Shown in pieces: positions 1 through 8,296 of a stretch of 64,000 nucleotides of DNA. The stretch spans positions 79,770 to 143,769 of the forward strand of contig CAZGYG010000001.1 in NCBI GenBank assembly GCA_964530335.1, in the 5' to 3' direction. The notes beneath the pieces were generated by a model. That model saw nothing but the letters and a program-made list of their open reading frames with translations. It was not told where the DNA came from and did no database searches. Made by a program: the position numbers and the translations under genes. Origin of the DNA: an uncultured Rhodospirillaceae bacterium (GTDB lineage: Bacteria; Pseudomonadota; Alphaproteobacteria; SP197). Within the stretch, counting starts at the first letter, position 1; each line of letters opens with the position of its first letter.

Positions 1-663
1 AACTCCTCGATCGTCTACCGCACCGACATGTACGAGGGCGAGGAATCCTGGTGCATGCTGTTCGACGAGCGCTACGAAGGGAAGCTCTCGTCCTACGACA
101 GCGAAAGCTCGGTGCTGATCGCCGGCCTGTGCCTGGGCTACGGGGCCGAGGCGTTCAACATGACCGACGAGATGCTGGCTGAGGTCCGCCCCCTGGTCGA
201 GAAGCAGGTCAAGCTGGTGCGTTTCTACTGGGACGACCAGAGCTCGGTCGAGCAGGCCATGGCGGCGGGCGAGATCGTCGCCGCCTACGCCTGGAACTCG
301 GCGGTCAAGACCCTCAGGGAGCAGGGCATCCCGGTCGCCTACGCGGTGCCCAAGGAAGGGATTCTCAACTGGCTGTGCGGGCTCTGCCTGGTGGTCGACG
401 GCGAGGGTGACGAGGACCTGGTCTACGACTACCTCGACGCCTGGATCTCGCCCGAGGCGGGCAAGTTCCTGATCGAGGACTACGGCTACGGCCACCCGAA
501 CCGCAAGGCATTCGAGATCGCCGACCCGGAGAAGGTGGCGGCGCTCGGCTTCCCGTCGGACCCGATGGAGATGCTGAGCAACGGCATCATGTTCCAGCCT
601 TACGATCCGGCCGTGCTGGAGAAGATGGTGAACATGTTCGATGAGTTGAAGATCGGCAGCTAA
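1..663 (+). CDS. ABC-transporter periplasmic solute-binding protein, PotD/PotF (polyamine-type) family; the 5' end lies outside the window
   Basis: Frame 1 is open from base 1. The translation NSSIVYRTDMYEGEESWCMLFDERYEGK... aligns along its whole length with the internal and C-terminal part of the full-length paralogue at 39927-41057 (GNSSVVFRTD..ILFDEKYKGR..AAGE[IV]VAAYAWN..PKEGIL..YGYG..NRKAF[ED]IADP). The stop is TAA at 661-663. Confidence 0.8.
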   Translation, partial: NSSIVYRTDMYEGEESWCMLFDERYEGKLSSYDSESSVLIAGLCLGYGAEAFNMTDEMLAEVRPLVEKQVKLVRFYWDDQSSVEQAMAAGEIVAAYAWNSAVKTLREQGIPVAYAVPKEGILNWLCGLCLVVDGEGDEDLVYDYLDAWISPEAGKFLIEDYGYGHPNRKAFEIADPEKVAALGFPSDPMEMLSNGIMFQPYDPAVLEKMVNMFDELKIGS

Positions 664-690
664 GCCGACGAAAGCGCCAACTTTCCGCGA

Positions 691-722
691 CGCCGGGCCC
701 CTGGGCCCGGCGTTTTGGTTTT
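691..722 (+). terminator. Rho-independent terminator after the PotD-like gene
   Basis: GC stem CGCCGGGC (691-698) pairs with GCCCGGCG (705-712). It is followed by TTTTGGTTTT (713-722), about 28 nt after the stop codon. Confidence 0.6.
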
Positions 723-758
723 GCTGTCGCCTGTCGCGTCGCCCGGCCCGCGGTCGCG

Positions 759-1145
759 TTACCTCGCAGGCTTGTCCATGTTGGCTGCGGTCGCGATGAT
801 CTTCCACGAGCCGTCCGCCTGGCGGCGGTACACGTCCAGGTACTTGCCCTTCACCTTGGTCGTGCCGCTCGCCGACGCTTGCTCGTACGACACTTGGCCG
901 ATGTTGAACGCGAGGTCGCCGTCCGAGCCCGATTTGATCGTCTTGAACTTGATGTTGCGCCAGCCGCCATCGAGCGACGCTTGGACCTGGGTCTGGACGC
1001 CTTTTCTGCCCTTGTAGGCCGGCGCATCCGGCATGAGAAACAGCGCGTCCCTGCTGTAGAGCGCGGTGACCTGGGCCGTCTTGCCGGCGTTGAACGCCTT
1101 GGCGTAGGCGGCATCCGAGTTCTTGAACGCTTGCTTTCGTGCCAT
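759..1145 (-). CDS. NTF2-fold protein, SnoaL-like/DUF4440 family (128 aa)
   Basis: Complete ORF with ATG at 1145, preceded by TAAGGGGAGGATTAC (strong SD). Landmarks AFNAG..ALYSRDA, KGRKG, GDLAF and RRQADGSWKI are typical of DUF4440/SnoaL-like proteins. The overlapping ORFs 715..1017+, 851..1216- and 879..1703+ have Arg/Pro-rich junk composition. Confidence 0.7.
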   Translation of the reverse strand: MARKQAFKNSDAAYAKAFNAGKTAQVTALYSRDALFLMPDAPAYKGRKGVQTQVQASLDGGWRNIKFKTIKSGSDGDLAFNIGQVSYEQASASGTTKVKGKYLDVYRRQADGSWKIIATAANMDKPAR

Positions 1146-1244
1146 GTAATCCTCCCCTTATTGCTGTGCCCCGCTGGAATAGTTCGTATGCGCCTCGGGT
1201 CACCCAGCCTGCTCATCCCGAGGCACCGAAGTCCAGCGCTCCGC

Positions 1245-1631
1245 CTACTTCTGCGGCGTGTCGCTGTTGTGGGCGATCGCGTGGCTCTGCCACGAACCGT
1301 CCTTCCGCCGTTTCAGGACGGCGAGGAAATAGCCCTTCTCGCGCCGTTTGCCCGTGGCGGTCGCTACCTCCATCGAGTATCGGCCGAGCTCGTAGCCGAG
1401 ATCGCCGTCGGCCCCGGCCTCGACCGTGGTGAACTTGAGGTCGCGCGCGCCGCCGTCGATTCCACCCTGGACTATCGCCTGCCTCGCCTTCCTGCCTTTC
1501 ACCAGGCCGCCCCCGGGCGCCACAAGCACGGTGTTCCTGGTGTGCAAGGCGACGACCCCGGCGGCGTCGCCCCGGTTGAACGCTGCCGCCCACTTCGCGT
1601 CGAGCTTCTTGAACGGGTTGTTCCTGGCCAT
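1245..1631 (-). CDS. NTF2-fold protein, SnoaL-like/DUF4440 family (128 aa), paralogue of 759-1145
   Basis: The start is taken at the internal ATG at 1631 (MARNNPFKK...), which is preceded by ACAAGGAGGATCAC (SD). The track ORF runs up to 1781, but that extension is Arg/Cys-rich junk. It shares MAR.., AFN.GD, KGRK, GDLG and RRKDGSW landmarks with the neighbouring gene. Confidence 0.7.
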   Translation of the reverse strand: MARNNPFKKLDAKWAAAFNRGDAAGVVALHTRNTVLVAPGGGLVKGRKARQAIVQGGIDGGARDLKFTTVEAGADGDLGYELGRYSMEVATATGKRREKGYFLAVLKRRKDGSWQSHAIAHNSDTPQK

Positions 1632-1777
1632 GTGATCCTCCTTGTGAAGATGTGCCCCGCTGGGGTTCTGCGACGTGCGCCTCGGGCCACCCAGCACTCT
1701 TAATCCCGAGCCGTCACGGTCCGGCGCCGCGTAACCGTTTTGGGCGTCACGCCGCGAGCAGCAGATCGGACGCCTTA

Positions 1778-1867
1778 TCACCGATCATGATGCATGGCGG
1801 TGTTGGTCAGCCTGGCCGCCACCACGCAGCCGGCCGACCCGGCACCGACCACGATGTAGTCGTACAT
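1778..1867 (-). pseudogene. Relic of the N-terminus of a GMC-family FAD oxidoreductase (29 codons, then stop)
   Basis: Reverse-strand translation from ATG 1867 gives MYDYIVVGAGSAGCVVAARLTNTAMHHDR*. The first 20 residues match the canonical GMC (choline-dehydrogenase type) dinucleotide-binding start DYIIVGAGSAGCVLA.RL. No continuation is visible in any frame downstream. Confidence 0.5.
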
Positions 1868-2174
1868 GCCGCACCCCCGATCGGCGACGAAGCCAGATGA
1901 GCGGCCCGCGCCCCTCCCTTCGATCTCGTTCCGCGCGGGACAACGCGAAGTCTACCCTCGGGTCGCCTTGCGTGTGAGTCGCAATTTCATTTGCGCGAGT
2001 GCGGCATGTCGGGCTGTGCGCTCAAACGAACACTTGCCATCGTGCCGCGCGTTGCCTTGATCTGCATCAGAAGCCCGTGCCGCAGGCGCCGGGAGCCAAG
2101 GCGGCGTAGCCGGGCCGCCCGCAACCCCGACCGGTAGACGAAGGCGCGACGCTAAGCTATTGATCCGAAAGGCC

Positions 2175-2264
2175 GGATGGGTGGCCGAGCGGTTGAAGGC
2201 ACCGGTCCTGAAAACCGGCGGGCGCGCGAGCGCCTCGTGGGTTCGAATCCCACCCCATCCGCCA
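2175..2264 (+). tRNA. tRNA-Ser (anticodon UGA)
   Basis: Acceptor stem GGATGGG/CCCATCC with G discriminator and encoded CCA (2262-2264). D-arm GCCGAGCGGTTGAAGGC. Anticodon stem CCGGT/ACCGG with loop CCTGAAA (anticodon TGA). Long variable arm GGCGGGCGCGCGAGCGCCTCGT. T-arm GTGGGTTCGAATCCCAC. Total length 90 nt, class II. Confidence 0.93.
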
Positions 2265-2276
2265 CCCTACGCCTTC

Positions 2277-2318
2277 GGCTTCGGGTGGCAGGCCATCTTT
2301 GGGCCGCCACCCGAAGCC
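2277..2318 (+). terminator. 13-bp perfect stem-loop immediately after tRNA-Ser (processing or termination hairpin)
   Basis: GGCTTCGGGTGGC (2277-2289) is the exact reverse complement of GCCACCCGAAGCC (2306-2318). There is no U-tract, so the terminator function is uncertain. Confidence 0.35.
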
Positions 2319-2432
2319 GGGCCCGTTCGAATCACCGCGTTATCGTCAATGCCATGTTAACGGCCTGTTAGCGGGCACCCTCTAACCTGCGCCGGTTCAG
2401 GTTCGGCCCCAAATTCGGCCAAGGAGCGCCCA

Positions 2433-3743
2433 ATGACTTCGACGGCCCGCGTCCTCGTGAGCGAACGGTCCGGTGGCCGTGCCCCACATATCGCCGCGTC
2501 CCTGGCGGCCCATGGCTGCACCGTCACCAACGTCGCGGTGCTCGAAGACGTGCCGCTGCGCGCGACCAGGGACAAGCCCGACGTGGTCGTGCTCGACGGC
2601 CGCCAGCCCAAGGCGGCGCGCAGCCGCGTCGCCCAGGCGATGCGCAGCGAACAGGCGACCCGGCTGATCCCCGTGATCGTCGCCGGCAGCGCCGATGAGG
2701 TCGAAGGCGAGAGTTGGCTCGACGTTGTGCTGCCGCGCCCCTACGCCGAGGACGAGCTGGTCGCCCGGGTCCACGCGCTGCGCCGCCTCGCCACCATGCG
2801 CCAGGAGCTCGAACGCCGGGTCGAGACCGCGGCCAAGTTCGGCTTCTCCACCGTGATCGACGCCTACCTCAGCGACGGTCCGGGCGCCTTGCGCCTGGTC
2901 GCCATCGATCCCTCGGACGACGATCTCCGCGCCCTGCGCGGCGGCCTCGGCGGCAGGGGTTCGATCGTGCTGTCCGGCGCGTTCGATTGCACCTCAGTGC
3001 TGATGGACGGCGGGCACGATGCCGCCGTCGTGTTCGCGGGCGACGACCCGGAGGCCGCGCTCGAGGTGTGCGAGGCCGTGCGCCGCATGCCGAACCTCTT
3101 TCACTTCCCCTTGCTGGTGGTCGCCCATCCGGGCTCCTTCGGCGATGCGGCCCGGCCCTACCAGGTCGGCGCCAGCGATGTCGTGCAACGCCCGATCGAC
3201 GCCGAAGCGTTGCACGGTCGCATCGTCGGCCTGGTGCGTCAGGAACGGTTCCGCAGCTTCCTTCAGACCGCCTACCGCGAAGGTCTCGGCCTGGTGGTGA
3301 CCGACGGCCTGACCGGGCTCTACCGTTACGGCTTCGCCCACGAGCACCTCGCCGCGCAAGCCCGTGACGCGGCGATCACCCAGCGACCGCTGTCGGTCGC
3401 GGTGCTGCGCGTGCAAGGCATCGCGGACATCAACCGCGCGGCGGGGTACGCGACCGGCGACCATGTGCTGCGCCAATACGGCGCCATGGTCGGCCGTCTG
3501 GTTCGCGCCGAGGATCTGGCGGCGCGCATCGGCGGCGCCACGTTCGGCATCGCCATGCCCGACACCAGCCTCGACGCCGCCGCCGCCGTGTGCCGGCGCA
3601 TCGCCGGGGTCATCGCCAACACCGACGTGGGCCTAGCCGACCCTGGGATCGACGGCGCGCGCATCGCGCTCGGCTGCGTCGTGGCCCGGCCCGACGAACG
3701 GCCGGAAGACCTGTACGCGAGGGCGGCCGCGACCCCGCTCTGA
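2433..3743 (+). CDS. REC-REC-GGDEF protein (PleD/PopA architecture) with a degenerate active site (GGATF) and a conserved RxxD I-site
   Basis: Receiver 1 carries VVVLDG (acceptor Asp) but has ERS instead of the acidic pair. The second receiver-like domain lacks an acceptor Asp. The C-terminal GGDEF domain reads DGLTGLYRYGF...RAEDLAARIGGATFGIAMP. SD AAGGAG lies upstream of ATG 2433. Confidence 0.8.
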   Translation: MTSTARVLVSERSGGRAPHIAASLAAHGCTVTNVAVLEDVPLRATRDKPDVVVLDGRQPKAARSRVAQAMRSEQATRLIPVIVAGSADEVEGESWLDVVLPRPYAEDELVARVHALRRLATMRQELERRVETAAKFGFSTVIDAYLSDGPGALRLVAIDPSDDDLRALRGGLGGRGSIVLSGAFDCTSVLMDGGHDAAVVFAGDDPEAALEVCEAVRRMPNLFHFPLLVVAHPGSFGDAARPYQVGASDVVQRPIDAEALHGRIVGLVRQERFRSFLQTAYREGLGLVVTDGLTGLYRYGFAHEHLAAQARDAAITQRPLSVAVLRVQGIADINRAAGYATGDHVLRQYGAMVGRLVRAEDLAARIGGATFGIAMPDTSLDAAAAVCRRIAGVIANTDVGLADPGIDGARIALGCVVARPDERPEDLYARAAATPL

Positions 3744-3800
3744 CGCTTGCCGGGGACGCGATGCGTCCCTACGATCGGCTATCCTGCGGCGAGGCGCGCG

Positions 3801-4457
3801 ATGACCGGTCCGGCGTTGTCCATCGAGATCTTTTCCGACGTCATCTGCCCGTGGTGCTACATCGGCAAGCGGCGGTTCGAACGCGCGCTGGCCGAGCGGC
3901 CCGCGACCCGGGTCGACATCCGCTGGCGGGCGTTCATGCTGAATCCCGACATGCCCGCCGCGGGCATGGAGCGCGGTGAATACCTGCAGCGCAAGTTCGG
4001 CTCGGCGTCGCGCGCGCGCGATCTCTACGCCTCGATCGCTGAGGCCGGGGCCGCCGAAGGACTGACGTTCGCCTTCGACCGCATCCCGCGCACGCCGTCG
4101 ACGGTCAAGGCGCACCGCATGATCGCGGCGGCCGGGGCGGCCGGCCGCCAGGACGCCGTCGTCGAAGCGCTGTTCCGCGCCTACTTCGAGGACGGCCGCG
4201 ACATCGGCGACGACGCCACGCTGATCGCCGTGGCCACCGGCGCCGGCCTGGCCGAGGCCGAGGCGAGCGGCGCGCTCGAAGGCGACTCCGGTGACGACGA
4301 GGTCCACGCCGACAACGCGATAGCCCACGCCATGGGCATCGGCGGCGTGCCGTGCTTCATCGTCGCCGGCCGCTACGCCATCGCCGGGGCGCAGGACCCC
4401 GAGGTCTTCAAGCGGCTGATCGACAGCGTCGGCGCGGCCGGGCTGGCCGCCGAATAG
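3801..4457 (+). CDS. DsbA-family thiol oxidoreductase (FrnE / 2-hydroxychromene-2-carboxylate isomerase-like)
   Basis: The start is taken at ATG 3801 (MTGPALSIEIFSDVICPWCYIGKRRFE). A CPWC thioredoxin-fold motif lies near the N-terminus, and the C-terminal motif is GIGGVPCFIV. The track ORF starts at 3747. Confidence 0.75.
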   Translation: MTGPALSIEIFSDVICPWCYIGKRRFERALAERPATRVDIRWRAFMLNPDMPAAGMERGEYLQRKFGSASRARDLYASIAEAGAAEGLTFAFDRIPRTPSTVKAHRMIAAAGAAGRQDAVVEALFRAYFEDGRDIGDDATLIAVATGAGLAEAEASGALEGDSGDDEVHADNAIAHAMGIGGVPCFIVAGRYAIAGAQDPEVFKRLIDSVGAAGLAAE

Positions 4458-4463
4458 CGTCCA

Positions 4464-7400
4464 TCACGACGCCACGGGCGCCAGCCCGGGCGCGTTGGCG
4501 GCAACGGCCAGGTTTTCGAGCAGGCGCGGCAGCTCCTTGAGACGCCGCGCGACGTCCGCCCAGTCGCGCCCGATCACCAGGCTGTGGTCGGGCCTGAGCT
4601 TCACGCTGCCGCTCTGCTCGGCGATGAAGCGCACCAGGCCTTCGGGGTTCGGGAACCGATCGGCGCGGAAGCGCAGCACGGCGCCGCGTTCGCCGGCGGT
4701 CAGCTTGCCGACGTTGGCCGCCCGGCACAGCAGCTTGACCGCGACCACGTCGAGCAGGTGGTTGACCTCGTCGGGCAAGGGGCCGAAGCGGTCGGCGAGC
4801 TCGACCGCGAGCCCGTCGAGCTCGGCCTTGTCCGCGACCGACGCGATGCGGCGGTAGAGCCCGAGCCGGACGTCGAGATCGGCCACGTAGGTCGCCGGGA
4901 TGAGCACCGCGGTGCCCAGATCGATTTGCGGCGACCACGCTTCCTCCGCGCGCGCCTCGCCCTGCCGGGTCGCCCGTGCCGCCTCCACCGCCTCGGCCAG
5001 CATCTGCTGGTAGAGCTCGATGCCGACCTCGCGGATGTGCCCCGATTGCTCGGCGCCCAGCAAATTGCCGGCGCCCCGGATGTCCAGGTCGTGGCTTGCC
5101 AGGCTGAACCCGGCCCCCAGGTTGTCGAGCTTCTGGAGCACGGCGAGCCGCTGCTCGGCGGCGTGGCCGAGCACGGCGTTCGGCGGCAGGGTGAGGTAGG
5201 CGTAGGCGCGCACCTTGGCCCGGCCGATGCGGCCCCGGAGCTGATAGAGCTGCGCGAGCCCGAGCCGGTCGGCGCGATGAACGACCATGGTGTTGACGGT
5301 CGGAATGTCGAGCCCCGATTCCACGATCGCCGTGCTGACCAGCACGTCGAGCGCGCCGTCGTAGAACGCGGCCATGACGCGCTCGAGCTCTCTGGCCGGC
5401 ATGCGGCCGTGCGCCTGGGCAACGCGCGCATCGGGCACCAGGGCGCGCACCTGTTCGCAGACCCGGCCGAGATCGGCGATGCGCGGGCAGACATAGTACA
5501 CCTGCCCGCCCCGGAACCGTTCCCGCCGGATCGCCTCGCGCACGACGACCGGATCGTAAGGCGTCACGTAGGTGCGCACGGCCAGGCGGTCGATCGGGGG
5601 CGTCGCGATCACGCTCATCTCGCGCATGCCGCTGAGCGCCATCTGCAGCGTGCGCGGAATCGGTGTCGCGGTCATGGTCAGGACGTGAACGTCCGCCTTG
5701 AGCCGCTTCAGCGCCTCCTTGTGGCGCACGCCGAAGTGCTGCTCCTCGTCGACGACCAGCAGGCCGAGGTTCTTGAAGGCGAGGTCGGACGCCAGCAGCG
5801 CGTGGGTGCCGATCACGATGTCCACGGTGCCCGCCTTGAGCCCCTCCTTGGTCGCCTTGGCCGCGCGCGCCGTGACGAAGCGGGATAGTTGCTCGATGCG
5901 CACGGGCAGGCCGGCGAAGCGGGCGCGGAACGTCGCGAGGTGCTGGCGGCTGAGCAGTGTCGTCGGCACGATCACGGCGACCTGGGCGCCGGCGGCGACC
6001 ACGGCGTAGGCCGCGCGCATGGCGACCTCGGTCTTGCCGAAACCCACGTCGCCGCAGATCAGGCGGTCCATCGGCGACGCGGCGCCGAGGTCCGCGATCA
6101 CGTCGGCGATGGCGCGGCCCTGGTCCTCGGTCTCGGCGTAGGGGAAGCGCGCGGCGAACTCCTCGAACAACCCGGGATCGGGCACGAACACGGGCGCGGT
6201 GCGCAGCCGGCGCTCGGCCGCGACGCTGAGCAGCACCCCCGCCATGTCGGCGATGCGCTGCTTCAGCCGGGCCTTGCGCGCCTGCCAGCTCGCCGCGCCC
6301 AGCTTGTCGAGCGGCACCTCCGCCTCGACCGGGCCGTAGCGCGTCAGCACGTCCATGTTCTCGACCGGCACGTACAGCCGGTCGCCGCCGTCGTAGACCA
6401 GCCGCAGGCAGTCGTGCGGCGCGCTGGCCAGGTGCAGGGTCTGCAGGCCGTCGTAACGGCCGATGCCGTGCTCGGCGTGGACCAGGAGGTCGCCCTCGTC
6501 GATGCGCGACATCTCGGCCAGGAACGCCTCGCCGCGCCGCGTCCGCCGCGGCGGCCGGGCCAGGCGGTCGCCCAGGATGTCCTGCTCGCCGAGCACCAGG
6601 ACGTCCGCGGTCTCGAACCCGTGCTCGACCGGCAGCACGGTGACCGCCACGGCGTCGCCCGGCAGGGCGAGCACGGCGTCCCACGTCGCGGCGGCCACCT
6701 GTTCGCCGACGTGGTGCTCGGCCAGCAGGGCGCGCAGCCGGTCGCGGCTGCCGCTCGTGAACCCGGCGACGACGACCCGTCGCCCGGCCGCTTGTTCGGC
6801 CACGATCACGTCGCGCACCGCCTCGAACAGGTTGACTTCGGCGCTGCGCCGGGCGGCGGCGAAGTCCCGCGCGGCGCGGCCGCCGGCATCGAGCACGCCC
6901 GCCGCCTCGCTCGGCGCCTCGACGAACGGGCTCAAGGCGAGCAGGAGCCGGCCCGCCAGCGCCGCGGCCCAGTCCTCGGCGGTCAGGAACATGCGCTCGG
7001 GCGGCACCGGCCGATAGGCGATCTCCTCGCCGGCCAGCGCGCTCGGCGGCGCGAGGCGCGCCTGGTAATGGTCCGCCACCATCGCCGCGCGCGCCTCGTG
7101 CGCGGCGTCCGCCTGGTGGTCGAGCACGACGATCGCATCCCCGGCGATGTCGAACAGGGTGGTCAAGCGGTCGTGGAACAGGGGCAGCCAGTGCTCCATG
7201 CCCGCGTGCCGGCGTCCCGCGCTGATCGCGGCGTAGAGCGGGTCCGCTCCGGCGGCGCCGAACAGCGCCTGGTAGCCGGCGCGGAACCGGCGCACCGCCT
7301 CGGCGTCGAGCACGATTTCGCTCATCGGCAGCAGGTCGAACGCCTCGATCGTTCCCTGCGTGCGCTGGGTCGCCGGATCGAACACGCGGATCGCCTCCAC

Positions 7401-7967
7401 GTCGTCGCCCAGCAGGTCGATACGCATCGGGTTCTCGGCGCCCGCCACGAACACGTCGACGATGCCGCCGCGCAGCGCGAACTCGCCGTGGTCGGTCACC
7501 GTGCCGGTGCGGACGTAGCCGGTCGCGGCCAGGAACGCCGTGAGCTCGTCGAGCACGAGGCGCGAACCGAGCGCGATCCGGCGCCTGAGCCCCGCGAGCG
7601 CCGGAAGCGGCGGCATGCGCTGGCCCGCCGCCGACACGGTGGTCAGCACGAAGCGGCCCGTCGCCGCCGGCTCCGCCAGCCGCGCCATGGCCTCGATGCG
7701 CCGGCTGACCACCGCTGGGTTGGGCGAGACCCGATCGTAGGGCAGGCAGTCCCACGCCGGCAGGGTGATCAGCGGCGCCGTCGCGCCGAAGAACGCGAGG
7801 CTTTCGGCCGTTCGCGTCATGCGCGCCTCGTCGCGCGCGATGAACAGGATGTCGCGCCGGCCCGCGTGCCGGGCCAGGCCCGCGATCAGCAGCGCGTCGT
7901 AGCCCTCCGGCGCGCCGCCGACAAGGACGCGCCCCGTGGCCCCGAGGATGCGGTCGTACGGGATCAT
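4464..7967 (-). CDS. mfd: Transcription-repair coupling factor Mfd
   Basis: 1167 aa from ATG 7967 (MIPYDRILG...). UvrB-homology N-terminus, helicase motifs [11 protein letters not shown] and DEEQHFGV, and a TRG/translocation region. The track ORF extends to 8255 through the sdhE gene in another reading context. Confidence 0.95.
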   Translation of the reverse strand: MIPYDRILGATGRVLVGGAPEGYDALLIAGLARHAGRRDILFIARDEARMTRTAESLAFFGATAPLITLPAWDCLPYDRVSPNPAVVSRRIEAMARLAEPAATGRFVLTTVSAAGQRMPPLPALAGLRRRIALGSRLVLDELTAFLAATGYVRTGTVTDHGEFALRGGIVDVFVAGAENPMRIDLLGDDVEAIRVFDPATQRTQGTIEAFDLLPMSEIVLDAEAVRRFRAGYQALFGAAGADPLYAAISAGRRHAGMEHWLPLFHDRLTTLFDIAGDAIVVLDHQADAAHEARAAMVADHYQARLAPPSALAGEEIAYRPVPPERMFLTAEDWAAALAGRLLLALSPFVEAPSEAAGVLDAGGRAARDFAAARRSAEVNLFEAVRDVIVAEQAAGRRVVVAGFTSGSRDRLRALLAEHHVGEQVAAATWDAVLALPGDAVAVTVLPVEHGFETADVLVLGEQDILGDRLARPPRRTRRGEAFLAEMSRIDEGDLLVHAEHGIGRYDGLQTLHLASAPHDCLRLVYDGGDRLYVPVENMDVLTRYGPVEAEVPLDKLGAASWQARKARLKQRIADMAGVLLSVAAERRLRTAPVFVPDPGLFEEFAARFPYAETEDQGRAIADVIADLGAASPMDRLICGDVGFGKTEVAMRAAYAVVAAGAQVAVIVPTTLLSRQHLATFRARFAGLPVRIEQLSRFVTARAAKATKEGLKAGTVDIVIGTHALLASDLAFKNLGLLVVDEEQHFGVRHKEALKRLKADVHVLTMTATPIPRTLQMALSGMREMSVIATPPIDRLAVRTYVTPYDPVVVREAIRRERFRGGQVYYVCPRIADLGRVCEQVRALVPDARVAQAHGRMPARELERVMAAFYDGALDVLVSTAIVESGLDIPTVNTMVVHRADRLGLAQLYQLRGRIGRAKVRAYAYLTLPPNAVLGHAAEQRLAVLQKLDNLGAGFSLASHDLDIRGAGNLLGAEQSGHIREVGIELYQQMLAEAVEAARATRQGEARAEEAWSPQIDLGTAVLIPATYVADLDVRLGLYRRIASVADKAELDGLAVELADRFGPLPDEVNHLLDVVAVKLLCRAANVGKLTAGERGAVLRFRADRFPNPEGLVRFIAEQSGSVKLRPDHSLVIGRDWADVARRLKELPRLLENLAVAANAPGLAPVAS

Positions 7968-7968
7968 T

Positions 7969-8247
7969 TCAACGCGCGGACTCGATGAACGCGAGCACCA
8001 TGGCGAGCGCGCGGTTGTCGCGGGGCGGCGCCGCGCGGCCCATGATCCAGTCGAGCATGACCGGATCCTCGACCTCGAGCAGGGCGGCGTAGTGGCTGAG
8101 CAGACTGCTGTCCATGTCGGCCAGATGGCGATCGGCAAAGCGCCCGAGCAGCAGGTCGAGCTCCCGGCAGCCACGGCGATGGCTGCGGAAGCGAAGCCGC
8201 CGTCGCAGGGTCTCGGTCGATTCCCTGTCGTTGGCCGGGTCGTCCAT
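7969..8247 (-). CDS. sdhE: FAD assembly factor SdhE (succinate dehydrogenase assembly factor 2, DUF339)
   Basis: 92 aa: MDDPANDRESTETLRRRLRFRSHRRGCRELDLLLG..., with the RGxxE motif. Its stop TGA (7969-7971) lies 1 nt before the mfd ATG, which is the sdhE-mfd arrangement common in alphaproteobacteria. Confidence 0.8.
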   Translation of the reverse strand: MDDPANDRESTETLRRRLRFRSHRRGCRELDLLLGRFADRHLADMDSSLLSHYAALLEVEDPVMLDWIMGRAAPPRDNRALAMVLAFIESAR

Positions 8248-8296
8248 CGCCCCATCTTGTTGCGGAAACGCCGGCAAGGCTAGGTTCTGGATTGTC

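Noticed and set aside
2325-2333. GTTCGAATC, identical to the T-loop region of tRNA-Ser (2241-2249), recurs 60 nt downstream of the tRNA. It could be an att-site remnant of an integrated island.
   Set aside because: Only 9 nt match. A 9-mer match somewhere nearby is not improbable by chance, and there is no integrase or clear island boundary.
2357-2371. TTAA-N7-TTAG upstream of the PopA-like gene, resembling a CtrA box (TTAA-N7-TTAAC).
   Set aside because: There is one mismatch in the second half-site and only a single occurrence. It cannot be distinguished from chance without a matrix scan or ChIP data.
4408-7988. Very long ORFs overlapping mfd: 4408..7755 minus (1115 aa), 5889..7988 plus (699 aa), 4584..5888 plus (434 aa).
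   Set aside because: Their translations are Arg/Ala/Gly/Pro-rich low-complexity strings with no motifs. They lie off-frame or antisense to an unmistakable Mfd reading frame. This is a typical stop-codon-poor artefact of ~70% G+C DNA.
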